From: Clostridia bacterium
GTDB taxonomy: Bacteria; Bacillota; Clostridia; RGIG7378
Assembly: GCA_017501105.1 (NCBI GenBank)
Contig: JAFVXO010000106.1
Location: 1 to 45,527 of the forward strand
Direction of reading: 5' to 3'
Length of the DNA stretch: 45,527 bases
Shown here: in pieces, positions 26,627 to 34,654 of the stretch
How the letters are laid out: each line of letters begins with the position of its first letter
Position numbering within the stretch: the first letter of the stretch is position 1
Program-made: the position numbers and the translations under genes
The notes under the pieces: generated by a model
Databases searched by the model: none
The model's input: only the letters and a program-made list of their open reading frames with translations
What the model was told of the DNA's origin: nothing

Positions 26627-27778
26627 TTATTTGATCAGCCTCATTAGCAGTGACTTTGACACCTTGATGGCTCCCTTGGGGCAGAATTCCTGGCAACAGA
26701 AGCACTTGATGCACTTTCCTCTTGCAATAACCGGAATGTTGTTTTCCATGGTTATTGCCTTGGCTGGGCATACGTTTTTGCACTGTTTACAACCTATGCA
26801 TTCCTGTGGATGTACCTTAGGCTGGGCTCGCAGCACATTAGAGCCCAGTTTTTCGAACAGCTTGCCCACTTTTCCCCCGCCAACCTGGTCCGAAAACAGC
26901 AAGCTGTTGTGGGTTTCCAGAGTTTCAAAGTCGCCAACCATATAGTCGGAAATCTTATTTGTTGTAGCAATCCGGTCTGCCTTTTCGGGGATAAGACCTC
27001 GCCTGTACGCGGCCTGCAAAGTTGGGACGTCCTCCTTTGACAGTCCAATCATGGCCGCACACACCAGATCCATAGCATGCATGTCCCTGGAGGCCAAAAT
27101 TGCCCCTATGGGACGAGGCTTTCCTGCCGTTGGACCATTCCCCTCCATCCCCACGACAGCGTCCACCAGGGATAATACAGGCTTAAAATATGTATCCAGA
27201 TCCAGAATCATATCCGAGAACTGATTGATATCGGGAAAACGGTAGTGGTACTGGGGCTTTGTAACACCGGGAATAACTCCAAACATGTTCTTAGCAGCGC
27301 AGGACATGCCCATCATTCCGTGGGATTTCAGCTTGGCAAAGTTGATTATGGCATCGCACTGGTCCAACCAGGATGTGTATTGAAAGCTCTTGGCAATAGT
27401 CGCCTCCGGATAGGAACCATCTGCAACGCCAAAGTTCCTGTTGAGTTTTGCACCCATCTTTTCTGCCACATTCATTCCACAGACGCTGTAAATATGATTC
27501 AGTGCCACCTCGTTATATAGACCTCCCGGGCTGTCACCCAGGATAACCTCTGCCCCCTTCTCCCGGAGCATTTCCACCAGGCGACACACCAGTTCCGGAT
27601 GCGTAGTGGCGGCCCTTTCAGGCTTGGCAGCGGCAACCAAATTCAGCTTGATGCCCACCCGCATACCGGGCTTAACAAAATCCAGCCCGTCAATGGACTG
27701 GATAGCTGCCCTCATGGCTCTGGATGTTTCTGAGACACTGTAGTCGCAGCACCTCTCTATTGCAACTGTGGAATTCAT
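26627..27778 (-). CDS. DUF362-domain protein with a C-terminal 2x[4Fe-4S] ferredoxin-like motif
   Basis: It carries CIGCKQCKNVCP and CIKCFCCQEFCP. I moved the start to ATG 27778 (MNSTVAIE), which has GAGGA 7 nt upstream. The track start is a TTG. Confidence 0.7.
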   Translation of the reverse strand: MNSTVAIERCCDYSVSETSRAMRAAIQSIDGLDFVKPGMRVGIKLNLVAAAKPERAATTHPELVCRLVEMLREKGAEVILGDSPGGLYNEVALNHIYSVCGMNVAEKMGAKLNRNFGVADGSYPEATIAKSFQYTSWLDQCDAIINFAKLKSHGMMGMSCAAKNMFGVIPGVTKPQYHYRFPDINQFSDMILDLDTYFKPVLSLVDAVVGMEGNGPTAGKPRPIGAILASRDMHAMDLVCAAMIGLSKEDVPTLQAAYRRGLIPEKADRIATTNKISDYMVGDFETLETHNSLLFSDQVGGGKVGKLFEKLGSNVLRAQPKVHPQECIGCKQCKNVCPAKAITMENNIPVIARGKCIKCFCCQEFCPKGAIKVSKSLLMRLIK

Positions 27779-27792
27779 ATCTATATCCTCTG

Positions 27793-28515
27793 TCAATTGA
27801 CCTTAATTTGCTCCAACACGCGGCCCACCTTATCGTGAATTACCAGATCGGCCCTTCTGTCCATGGGAGTAGCATCTCTGTTAATAAGCACCAGATTGTC
27901 TCCGCCAAAGTATTCGACCAAGCCTGCAGCCGGGTATACCGTAAGGGATGTACCTGCAATAATCAGCGTATCTGCAGAAGCGATGGCCGAAATGGCCCCC
28001 TCCAAAACATCTCCCCTTAGGGACTCCCCATACAACACCACATCGGGCTTAATCAAACCTCCGCAGCTACAGTGGGGCACCGTGTCCTGTTGCTCCAGAC
28101 ATTCTATACCATAGTGTCGGCGGCACCTGAGGCATGTGTATGCAGAAGTGGTACCGTGGAGTTCGTATACCTGTCTACTGCCAGCCCTGTAGTGCAGGTC
28201 GTCAATGTTTTGAGTAACTACTGCCTGCAACTTGCCTGCTCTCTCCAGTTCTGCCAGCTTCAGATGAGCCACATTCGGCTCAATACCTGGCACTATTAAC
28301 TTGTCTCTATAAAATCTGTAGAACTCCTGGGGGTTGGACATGAAGAAGTCGTGGCTTAGTATCATTTCGGGTGGATACTTGTACTGCATATTGTACAGGC
28401 CGTCGGTGCTGCGAAAATCCGGTATACCGCTCTCTGTGGACACACCTGCTCCTCCGAAGAATACTATTCTCCGGGAACTATCGATTATATCCTGCAATTT
28501 AACGATACTCTCCAT
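27793..28515 (-). CDS. cobB: NAD-dependent protein deacylase (Sir2 family, CobB-type)
   Basis: It carries GAGVSTESGIPDFRS, QNIDDLH and four zinc-ribbon Cys (CLRC...CSCGG). At 240 aa it is a stand-alone sirtuin. Confidence 0.88.
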   Translation of the reverse strand: MESIVKLQDIIDSSRRIVFFGGAGVSTESGIPDFRSTDGLYNMQYKYPPEMILSHDFFMSNPQEFYRFYRDKLIVPGIEPNVAHLKLAELERAGKLQAVVTQNIDDLHYRAGSRQVYELHGTTSAYTCLRCRRHYGIECLEQQDTVPHCSCGGLIKPDVVLYGESLRGDVLEGAISAIASADTLIIAGTSLTVYPAAGLVEYFGGDNLVLINRDATPMDRRADLVIHDKVGRVLEQIKVN

Positions 28516-28532
28516 GTTCTCTCCAAATAGTG

Positions 28533-29045
28533 TTATCTCTTGAGTTCCTGTTCCCGCAATTTGTAGTCCGGCATAACCTTAGCAATCTCAGCATAGAATG
28601 CCGGGCCGTGATTTTTATGACGTATGTGCGCCAATTCGTGTACAACTACATAATCTATTGCCCTGGGGGAATACTCCAGGAGCCTGTAGGAAAAACATAG
28701 GCTGTTTTTGGAACTGCAGCTGCCAAATCTCTTGTCAGCTCCGGTTATCTTAATGCCGTTGGGATGCACGCCCATGAGAGCCGCATAGTACTCCACTCGC
28801 GGTTTGATTATCTCCGCAACCTGCCTGGCCATGTTTTTCTTATTCTCGTCAGTAGCTGGCGGATGCTTCTGTTCCCTTTCCATTACCATACGGATATGCT
28901 TCTCCGCCCATTTGCGATGCTTCAAAACAAAAGACTCTATCTCATCCGGGCTCATGGTCATAGGTGCTCTGACAATAATCCTGCCTCCTGCACCAACTTC
29001 CACGCTGACACTGCGCCTGGAGGAGCGTTTTACCGTATATTCCAT
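28533..29045 (-). CDS. DUF45 / YgjP-like (M48-related) metal-dependent hydrolase
   Basis: VVVHELAHIRHKNHGPAFY carries the HExxH motif. The N-terminal YTVKRSSRRSVSVEV...IVRAP is typical of DUF45. There is no SD in the 20 nt upstream of the ATG. Confidence 0.75.
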   Translation of the reverse strand: MEYTVKRSSRRSVSVEVGAGGRIIVRAPMTMSPDEIESFVLKHRKWAEKHIRMVMEREQKHPPATDENKKNMARQVAEIIKPRVEYYAALMGVHPNGIKITGADKRFGSCSSKNSLCFSYRLLEYSPRAIDYVVVHELAHIRHKNHGPAFYAEIAKVMPDYKLREQELKR

Positions 29046-29048
29046 CGA

Positions 29049-29393
29049 TTAGTAAGAATAGTTGTAGTTATATATGTCCCAGACATCTCCGTACAGTGGC
29101 TCAAAGTTGCCACCACCGTCGGAGCCGTATAGATTAACATCGTAGTCGATTTCTCCACTCTCCTACTTGAGGTGGCCCTCTGTATAGTAGGCTCCTGCAG
29201 TAGTTATCCAGCAATCGTAGGCCTTGTCGGACAACAGATAGGAGGTCACACCATCTGCTGTGAAGTACAGCTTGCCCTTGAATGCCTTCTCGTCATACTC
29301 CAGCATATACATAGCTCCGTTTTTGGGAGTAGTGGTCACATATCCGCAGTTCTTTGCCAATGAACGGATACCGCCGTCGCCAAAGCACCTGAG
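29049..29393 (-). pseudogene. In-frame continuation of the PD40-like gene beyond its TAA stop, with one further in-frame TAG; a decayed or read-through tail
   Basis: In the same frame as 29394-30542 the sequence reads LRCFGDGGIRSLAKNCGYVTTTPKNGAMYMLEYDEKAFKGKLYFTADG...YYTEGHLK*ESGEIDYDVNLYGSDGGGNFEPLYGDVWDIYNYNYSY*. It contains another PD40-like blade motif (TPKNGAMYML), comparable to the upstream SPNGKLLLYV and TPNGKAAYFL. Confidence 0.6.
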
Positions 29394-30542
29394 TTAGTTC
29401 TCCGCGGTCAGGAAGTAGGCCGCCTTTCCGTTTGGGGTAATATAGACAGATGCAACTCCGCTCTCAATATAGGTGGAGCTCTTGAATTTTCCTGTGGTAC
29501 GATAGAGGTTGCCACCTGCGACATAGTACATGGTCTTGCCGTTATCGCTCATAGACACTCCCTGAACATCCCTGTCTATGTTGCGGATATTGAAGTTGTT
29601 GTCCACATAGTTAAGATCCGTCTCTCCGTCGATGTATACACATCCCGCAAAATCCTTAACTCCATCTACAAACACATAGTAGGACTTGGAAGTAGTAACA
29701 TTGTACGAGACCGGCGTAGTGTCTGGCAGGACAATCTGGGTTGCGTTAAACCCTATCCTATAGGGTTCACCACTCTTTTTAACTACATATGTCACCTTAT
29801 TTGCATCGTAGAACATAATCTGGTCATGGTTAATATTGGTATGCACTGCATTTTCGCCCAAAACCATATAGCTGTTCAGCACATTGCCATCTCTGTCATA
29901 GCACCAGAGGCGCTCAGAGCTGTCAAGACAATAAATTATGGACCCGTCGTTGTTGATGGACAGTGGATACATGCCAGCTGCAATGGATACGGACTTGCGG
30001 GAGGATGTGTCGTAGAGCTTCATAACACCGGTGCTGTCTGTTGCCTCTACATACAGCAATAGCTTGCCATTGGGAGATATAGCAAAGTTCACTCCGCTGC
30101 CGTTGTCGTTAATATCTCTTACAGACACTCCATTAAACAGCTGAACCTTACCTGCATTAGACACCCAGGCAATGGTACTGCCATCGTCGCTCAGGACAAA
30201 ATTGGTGATGTCATCGGAAATTGCCTTCTGTCCCTCGTGATTGAAATAGTACAAAACGCCATTGGAGGTGTTATATGCCACAATAGCATCACCTGTCAGA
30301 CACACGTCGTACAACTTAATATAGTCCGCAACGTAGCAATCGTCATCCCACATTACCTCGTTGTTGTACATCATAATGGTCTCGTCATAGGCATGGTCAT
30401 ACAGAAGTGTGATGGTATTGTTTCTCTGGATATATTTTGATCCTGTTGACAGTACTACCGTCAGCACAGTCGCAGTCACCAGTACTACAGCCACTACTAT
30501 ATATGCAATAATCGGAATCTTACGCAACTTGTCTCTAAGCAT
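29394..30542 (-). CDS. Membrane-anchored PD40/TolB-like beta-propeller repeat protein (as annotated, up to the first stop)
   Basis: The 382-aa ORF has an N-terminal TM. It shows repeated S/T-x-D/N-G-K/S-x-hydrophobic-hydrophobic-Y motifs: SDDGSTIAWV, SPNGKLLLYV, NNDGSIIYCL, SDNGKTMYYV and TPNGKAAYFL. It has an AGGAGGG RBS. Confidence 0.65.
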   Translation of the reverse strand: MLRDKLRKIPIIAYIVVAVVLVTATVLTVVLSTGSKYIQRNNTITLLYDHAYDETIMMYNNEVMWDDDCYVADYIKLYDVCLTGDAIVAYNTSNGVLYYFNHEGQKAISDDITNFVLSDDGSTIAWVSNAGKVQLFNGVSVRDINDNGSGVNFAISPNGKLLLYVEATDSTGVMKLYDTSSRKSVSIAAGMYPLSINNDGSIIYCLDSSERLWCYDRDGNVLNSYMVLGENAVHTNINHDQIMFYDANKVTYVVKKSGEPYRIGFNATQIVLPDTTPVSYNVTTSKSYYVFVDGVKDFAGCVYIDGETDLNYVDNNFNIRNIDRDVQGVSMSDNGKTMYYVAGGNLYRTTGKFKSSTYIESGVASVYITPNGKAAYFLTAEN

Positions 30543-30565
30543 AAATCGCCCTCCTAGTCTTACTA

Positions 30566-30594
30566 TTATTGTTTAGAGCAGGAGGCTTTGTCAA
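30566..30594 (-). promoter_or_regulatory. Candidate sigma-A promoter for the PD40-like / DUF45 / cobB / DUF362 operon
   Basis: The minus strand reads TTGACA(30594-30589)-N17-CAATAA(30571-30566). Confidence 0.45.
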
Positions 30595-30665
30595 GAAAAC
30601 CGGCCGTGCAAATATCATTGCAAATAATGCTTGTCTATCACCATATTCCGACAGAAAAAATAGCT

Positions 30666-30697
30666 AAACCTCCTGTATATTTCCATACAGGAGGTTT
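30666..30697 (+). promoter_or_regulatory. Perfect 13-bp hairpin that sequesters the SD of the Cys-rich ORF; also terminator-like
   Basis: AAACCTCCTGTAT-atttcc-ATACAGGAGGTTT, then TT and ATG. The AGGAGG (30689-30694) lies entirely within the 3' arm. On the plus strand the stem is followed by a run of 5 U. Confidence 0.6.
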
Positions 30698-30699
30698 TT

Positions 30700-30993
30700 A
30701 TGAAGGATAATACTTGTATCAAATGTCTGTACGGCAGGACCATTCCCGTAACCACCGATCTGCTGTGCAAGTTTAGCGGTGTGGTGTCATACGACTACGG
30801 TTGCCGCAGGTTTATGTTGTCACCCTGTGCAGACAGACAGCTCAAATACTGCCGCTGCGACTCCTGCGATTACTTTGTCTGCTCCGGTGAATCCGGTTCC
30901 TCCGGGGAATGTCGCCTGTTTGGCATACGGGGAATGGATGGCTGCAAACACAAGGGCTGTGGACGATATAGGTCCAGATATCAAAGTCGCTGA
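30700..30993 (+). CDS. Small Cys-rich protein (97 aa, 16 Cys), unknown function
   Basis: ATG follows AGGAGG by 5 nt. Two similar modules are visible: C-x2-C-x-Y...C...G-x-V...C-x2-F and C-x2-C-x-Y-F...G-x-C...G...C...C-x2-Y. No family is recognised. It is convergent with spoIVA. Confidence 0.5.
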   Translation: MKDNTCIKCLYGRTIPVTTDLLCKFSGVVSYDYGCRRFMLSPCADRQLKYCRCDSCDYFVCSGESGSSGECRLFGIRGMDGCKHKGCGRYRSRYQSR

Positions 30994-31008
30994 GCTCTGC
31001 CATCAAAA

Positions 31009-32496
31009 CTAAAGGATTATACAAATCAAGCCGGCGCTGCCCTCATTTATTATAGTCTCCAAAGTTTCCTGGAGCTTCTCTCTGGAATTGGCAGGCAGAT
31101 TTACCATCTTGCCGCTAAAACCTTCCTGAACCAGTTCAAACAACGACTTCCCAAAAATATTGGACTGCCATAGGGTTTCCGAATCACTTTCGTACTTGCT
31201 GAGCAGGGTGGTCACGAGCTCCTCAGACTGTCTTTCTGTGCCAACTAAGGGAGCAATCTCTGCCTCAACATCGCATCTGATCATATGTATTGAGGGGGCT
31301 GTAGCCTTGATATTTACACCGTACTTGCCGCCCTGTTTGATCAACCTGGGCTCCTCCAGCTTCATTTCCGAGGCCAGAGGCTCCACTATGCCATAGCCCT
31401 CAGTCCTTGCTTGATAGAGGGCATACTCCAGTCTGTCGTACTCCTTTTTAATAGCAGCAAGCTTACGGAGAGTCTCAAACAGGTCGCTTTCATCTGCAAT
31501 ATTAAATCCTGTAACCTGTCGAATAACGTCGTAAAGCGCGTTGGCATAGGGCTGCACAGTGACGGTAATAGTGCCGTTGCCCGGTTCCAAACTGTCGATA
31601 AACACGTTTTCAATGCTGTCGCACTGGGCCATTTCCCCAACGGCTCCTTCCAGACTAACAAATCTGTCCGCCTTGCTAAAGGCATCAATAATGCTCTTAT
31701 AGATATCCATTTTGAGGTGGTGTTCCTCATCCAATCCGTTAATCCACATGGGGAAGTTAACCTTTACCTCCTTGATGGGGAACTCGTAGAGAACTCTCTC
31801 CAACATAGCATCTATATCGCCAGACTCCATTGCAGCACAGTTACAGGCGAGCACAGTTACGTCGTAGCGGCTTTCCAGGTTTTTCTTAATGCGCTGTGCC
31901 TCCAGGCTGTCCGGCATATCTGTGTTAAGCACTACGATAAAGGGCTTGCCTGTTTCCTTCATCTCCCTGATAACCCTCTCCTCTGCCTCCAGATAGGCCT
32001 CTCTGGGAAACTCAGTAACTGATCCATCTGTAGTTACAACCAGGCCAATTGTGGAATGATCGCAGATTACCTTGCGGGTACCTATTTCTGCGGCCGTCTC
32101 AAAAGGCATTCTCTCCTCGGACCAAGGGGTGGAAACCATCCTGGGTTCGTCATTTTCAGTGGTACCCAAAGCGCCCCTTACCATGTATCCTACACAATCA
32201 ACCATTCTGACGCGAAGGTTCATATTTTCTCCAACGGTGATTTGCACTGCCTCGTTTGGAATAAACTTAGGTTCTGCAGTCATAACCGTTCTACCGCCGG
32301 CACTTTGTGGCAGCTCGTCGTGGGTACGCTGAGCAACCCAGGGGTCCCTAATGTTTGGGAGCACCACTAACTCCATGAATCTCTTGATAAAGGTGGATTT
32401 TCCGGTCCTCACCGGCCCGACCACGCCGATATATATATCGCCACCTGTGCGTTCAGCCAATTCGCTGTATATGTTTTCTGTCGCCGATATAGCCAT
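31009..32496 (-). CDS. spoIVA: Stage IV sporulation protein A (spore coat morphogenetic ATPase)
   Basis: The 495-aa ORF carries YIGVVGPVRTGKSTFIKRFMELVVLPNI (Walker A) and is collinear with SpoIVA throughout. Confidence 0.93.
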   Translation of the reverse strand: MAISATENIYSELAERTGGDIYIGVVGPVRTGKSTFIKRFMELVVLPNIRDPWVAQRTHDELPQSAGGRTVMTAEPKFIPNEAVQITVGENMNLRVRMVDCVGYMVRGALGTTENDEPRMVSTPWSEERMPFETAAEIGTRKVICDHSTIGLVVTTDGSVTEFPREAYLEAEERVIREMKETGKPFIVVLNTDMPDSLEAQRIKKNLESRYDVTVLACNCAAMESGDIDAMLERVLYEFPIKEVKVNFPMWINGLDEEHHLKMDIYKSIIDAFSKADRFVSLEGAVGEMAQCDSIENVFIDSLEPGNGTITVTVQPYANALYDVIRQVTGFNIADESDLFETLRKLAAIKKEYDRLEYALYQARTEGYGIVEPLASEMKLEEPRLIKQGGKYGVNIKATAPSIHMIRCDVEAEIAPLVGTERQSEELVTTLLSKYESDSETLWQSNIFGKSLFELVQEGFSGKMVNLPANSREKLQETLETIINEGSAGLICIIL

Positions 32497-32525
32497 TGCT
32501 TATCTCCACATTTGATGCCTGTGAC

Positions 32526-32554
32526 AATGTATGGACAGACATAAAAAAATATGA
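32526..32554 (-). promoter_or_regulatory. SigE-type (mother-cell) promoter of spoIVA
   Basis: The minus strand reads TCATATT(32554-32548)-N14-CATACATT(32533-32526). This matches the B. subtilis SigE consensus kmATATT-N14-CATACAhT. It lies about 30 nt upstream of the ATG. Confidence 0.7.
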
Positions 32555-32580
32555 CAACTATTATTCAATAGCTGTCATAT
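32543..32580 (-). terminator. Rho-independent terminator after the DUF624-like gene; its U-tract overlaps the spoIVA -35
   Basis: The minus strand reads ATATGACAGCTATT-gaat-AATAGTTGTCATAT, a 14-bp stem with one mismatch, followed by TTTTTTT. Confidence 0.75.
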
Positions 32581-32601
32581 AATCCTCAATTTGTGAAGTT
32601 G

Positions 32602-33594
32602 TCAGTCGCTGAACAGCGCTCCCTCATTTACGCTCTTGCTCTCCTCCACCACAACGTACTTCTCCATAGTACACCAGGCAGTGAAGTTCATCAGGTAACT
32701 GCAGAATGCAGGACCCAGCAACAACATAAACATAACCACAAATACATCATTAAGCCAGCAAAGTCCGTATCCTACAAGTCCGACTGCTACCAAGGTCAAC
32801 AGGTTTGGGAAAAACCGGAGCATGGACAGAGCGAAGGAGTTGCGGATAATGGTCCTGAGTTTAAAGTCAAAGGTTACAATCTGGGGGTAGATGTACATGT
32901 TCATCATCAGGAACACTACGAACACAATAGCCAGAACTACTCCACCCATGCTGGACAAAAATCCGTTGAAGTTGTCGTAAGAGAAGTAGAACCAGAAGCA
33001 GATGGAAAACATCATACAGGCTGCCAGGTTTATAAATGTCATAGGCAAGGTCTGCTTCCAATTGCGCTTAAAGGCATCCCAGAAGTCCGACCACACGAAG
33101 ATATGGGAATCTCTGGCAGCATTGCGGGTGTTGTAACACATACCCGAATATGCACAGCCAAAGGTAAGTACAGGCAGAAGAACTGTCATAATAGTCAGAT
33201 ATCTGAATACGGTGGTAATCTGAATGGATCGTGTGAGCTTGGCCAGCTCCTCTTCGTTCATCTCCTTGGCAGCTTCCTCATACCATCCCTCAGTATTTCT
33301 ATCAATATTGGCATAATATATGAATAAGTCGCTGATATCCTCATCTGTTGCTGTAGACACCAGAGTAGGCAGCACAAAGCCTACCATAAACATCAACACA
33401 ACTGAGGCAACCAACATATATACCAGGTTTGTAAGCAGTATCTTGGAGTAGCTGCGACCAAAATGCTGGAAAATACGTATGTACCAAGGGCGCTTAGGTT
33501 CGTTAGCATTAACTCCCCTGCCCTCTTTAGTAAAATCAAAAAGTCCAAAAATACCAGCCATCTGTAATATGTGCCCTTTCGATAAATTGCCCAT
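32602..33594 (-). CDS. Polytopic membrane protein (YesL/DUF624-like)
   Basis: The 330-aa ORF has about 6 TM segments. The start is uncertain because ATG 33594 has no clear SD; ATG 33561 is the alternative. Confidence 0.5.
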   Translation of the reverse strand: MGNLSKGHILQMAGIFGLFDFTKEGRGVNANEPKRPWYIRIFQHFGRSYSKILLTNLVYMLVASVVLMFMVGFVLPTLVSTATDEDISDLFIYYANIDRNTEGWYEEAAKEMNEEELAKLTRSIQITTVFRYLTIMTVLLPVLTFGCAYSGMCYNTRNAARDSHIFVWSDFWDAFKRNWKQTLPMTFINLAACMMFSICFWFYFSYDNFNGFLSSMGGVVLAIVFVVFLMMNMYIYPQIVTFDFKLRTIIRNSFALSMLRFFPNLLTLVAVGLVGYGLCWLNDVFVVMFMLLLGPAFCSYLMNFTAWCTMEKYVVVEESKSVNEGALFSD

Positions 33595-33708
33595 TAAAAC
33601 ACAGGCTTATATATTTTAACACAGGATAAGTAAATTCGCTATTAACAAACTATCAAAACAATGTTTTTACCTTATTCGCCACACTTTTCCAAGGCATAAA
33701 TTTATGTG

Positions 33709-33736
33709 TTGACAAACTTCTTTACGATGGTATAAT
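33709..33736 (+). promoter_or_regulatory. Near-consensus sigma-A promoter for the tRNA gene
   Basis: TTGACA(33709-33714)-N16-TATAAT(33731-33736), with TGG immediately upstream giving an extended -10. Confidence 0.8.
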
Positions 33737-33772
33737 TGCAAATGCGCTACGGACTTTGATTCGTTGCCACGT

Positions 33773-33855
33773 GCGATTGTGGTGGAATTGGCAGACACGT
33801 GCGTTTAAGGGGCGCATGGGAGACCGTGCGGGTTCAAGTCCCGCCGATCGCACCA
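33773..33855 (+). tRNA. Type II tRNA-Leu; the best fold gives anticodon AAG (A34)
   Basis: I folded this by hand. The acceptor is GCGAUUG/CGAUCGC, followed by A73 and an encoded CCA. The D arm is GUGG-AAUUGGCAG-ACAC, the same architecture as E. coli tRNA-Leu, and position 26 is G. The anticodon stem is UGCGU/GCGCA with loop UU-AAG-GG (G37). The variable arm is 11 nt. The T arm is GCGGG-UUCAAGU-CCCGC. Confidence 0.85.
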
Positions 33856-33889
33856 ACAGCAGTCGAGATATCTCCGCTGCTGTTTTTTT
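33856..33889 (+). terminator. Rho-independent terminator after the tRNA
   Basis: The ACAGCAG-N14-CTGCTGT stem is followed by a T7 run. Confidence 0.8.
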
Positions 33890-33913
33890 ATTCATCAATT
33901 TTGGAGGCACGAA

Positions 33914-34654
33914 ATGCTAGGTGTAATTATCAATACTGCCGCAGTTCTACTTGGTGGCCTGGGAGGGGTTATTTTCCGCAGGAGTATTTCCGAGAGGATC
34001 TCCTCTGCTGCCCTCAAAAGTGTAGGCCTGGCAGTACTGATTATCGGCACACTGGGGGCAATCAATTCCGGCAATACCCTCTCCCAGGCATTTCCCAACG
34101 ACAAGGGTCAGAGTTCTATTATTCTGGTGTTATCCCTGTTTCTTGGCACTGTCATCGGCACACTAATTGATATGGATGACAAGATTAACCGCCTGGACGC
34201 CAAACTCAATCAGGTTTTTAACGCAAAGGCTCAGGGAGACAACATACCGGCCGCATTTTTCTCTGCCTCTCTCCTGTTTTGCGTAGGTGCAATGAGCATT
34301 CTGGGCTCCATCTCCGCAGGCCTTTATGGAGACAACAATATTCTGATCGTCAAGGCTATTATAGACTTTGTGGCAGCTCTGGTGCTGGCATCATCAGTGG
34401 GTGTGGGCGTTGCATTTGCCAGCTTCTCTGTGCTGGTCTATCAAGGTGGTATAGCTCTGCTTTCCCAATTCATCGCACCTTTTGTGACTACCGAGATGAT
34501 TTATTCACTCTCATTCGTAGGAAACACTCTAATCATGGCATTGGCCCTTAACATGCTGGGTATTACTAAATTTAAATTAGCCAACATGCTGCCCAGTGTA
34601 TTCCTGCCTATATTATTCTGTCTGATTATTTCCTGGGTGCCGATATTTCAGTGA
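33914..34654 (+). CDS. DUF554-family membrane protein (YdfK-like)
   Basis: MLGVIINTAAVLLGGLGGVIF... The ORF is 246 aa and polytopic, with GGAGG 6 nt upstream. Confidence 0.7.
   Translation: MLGVIINTAAVLLGGLGGVIFRRSISERISSAALKSVGLAVLIIGTLGAINSGNTLSQAFPNDKGQSSIILVLSLFLGTVIGTLIDMDDKINRLDAKLNQVFNAKAQGDNIPAAFFSASLLFCVGAMSILGSISAGLYGDNNILIVKAIIDFVAALVLASSVGVGVAFASFSVLVYQGGIALLSQFIAPFVTTEMIYSLSFVGNTLIMALALNMLGITKFKLANMLPSVFLPILFCLIISWVPIFQ

Noticed and set aside
27793-28515. The Sir2-family gene as a possible defence-associated (NADase) module.
   Set aside because: It is a 240-aa stand-alone sirtuin with the canonical GAGxS...PDFRS motif and a four-Cys zinc ribbon. It has no fused effector or sensor domain. 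It is embedded in a housekeeping-looking operon with no mobile or defence neighbours. It is best read as CobB.
33798-33814. An alternative tRNA fold giving anticodon UAA (stem GUGCG/GGCGC, loop UUUAAGG), and the idea of a stop-suppressor tRNA linked to the in-frame stops at 29163 and 29394.
   Set aside because: That fold needs a G-G mismatch at 31-39 and deletes nucleotide 26. The AAG fold has five pairs and matches the E. coli tRNA-Leu template. Neither anticodon reads UAA or UAG, so there is no suppressor link.
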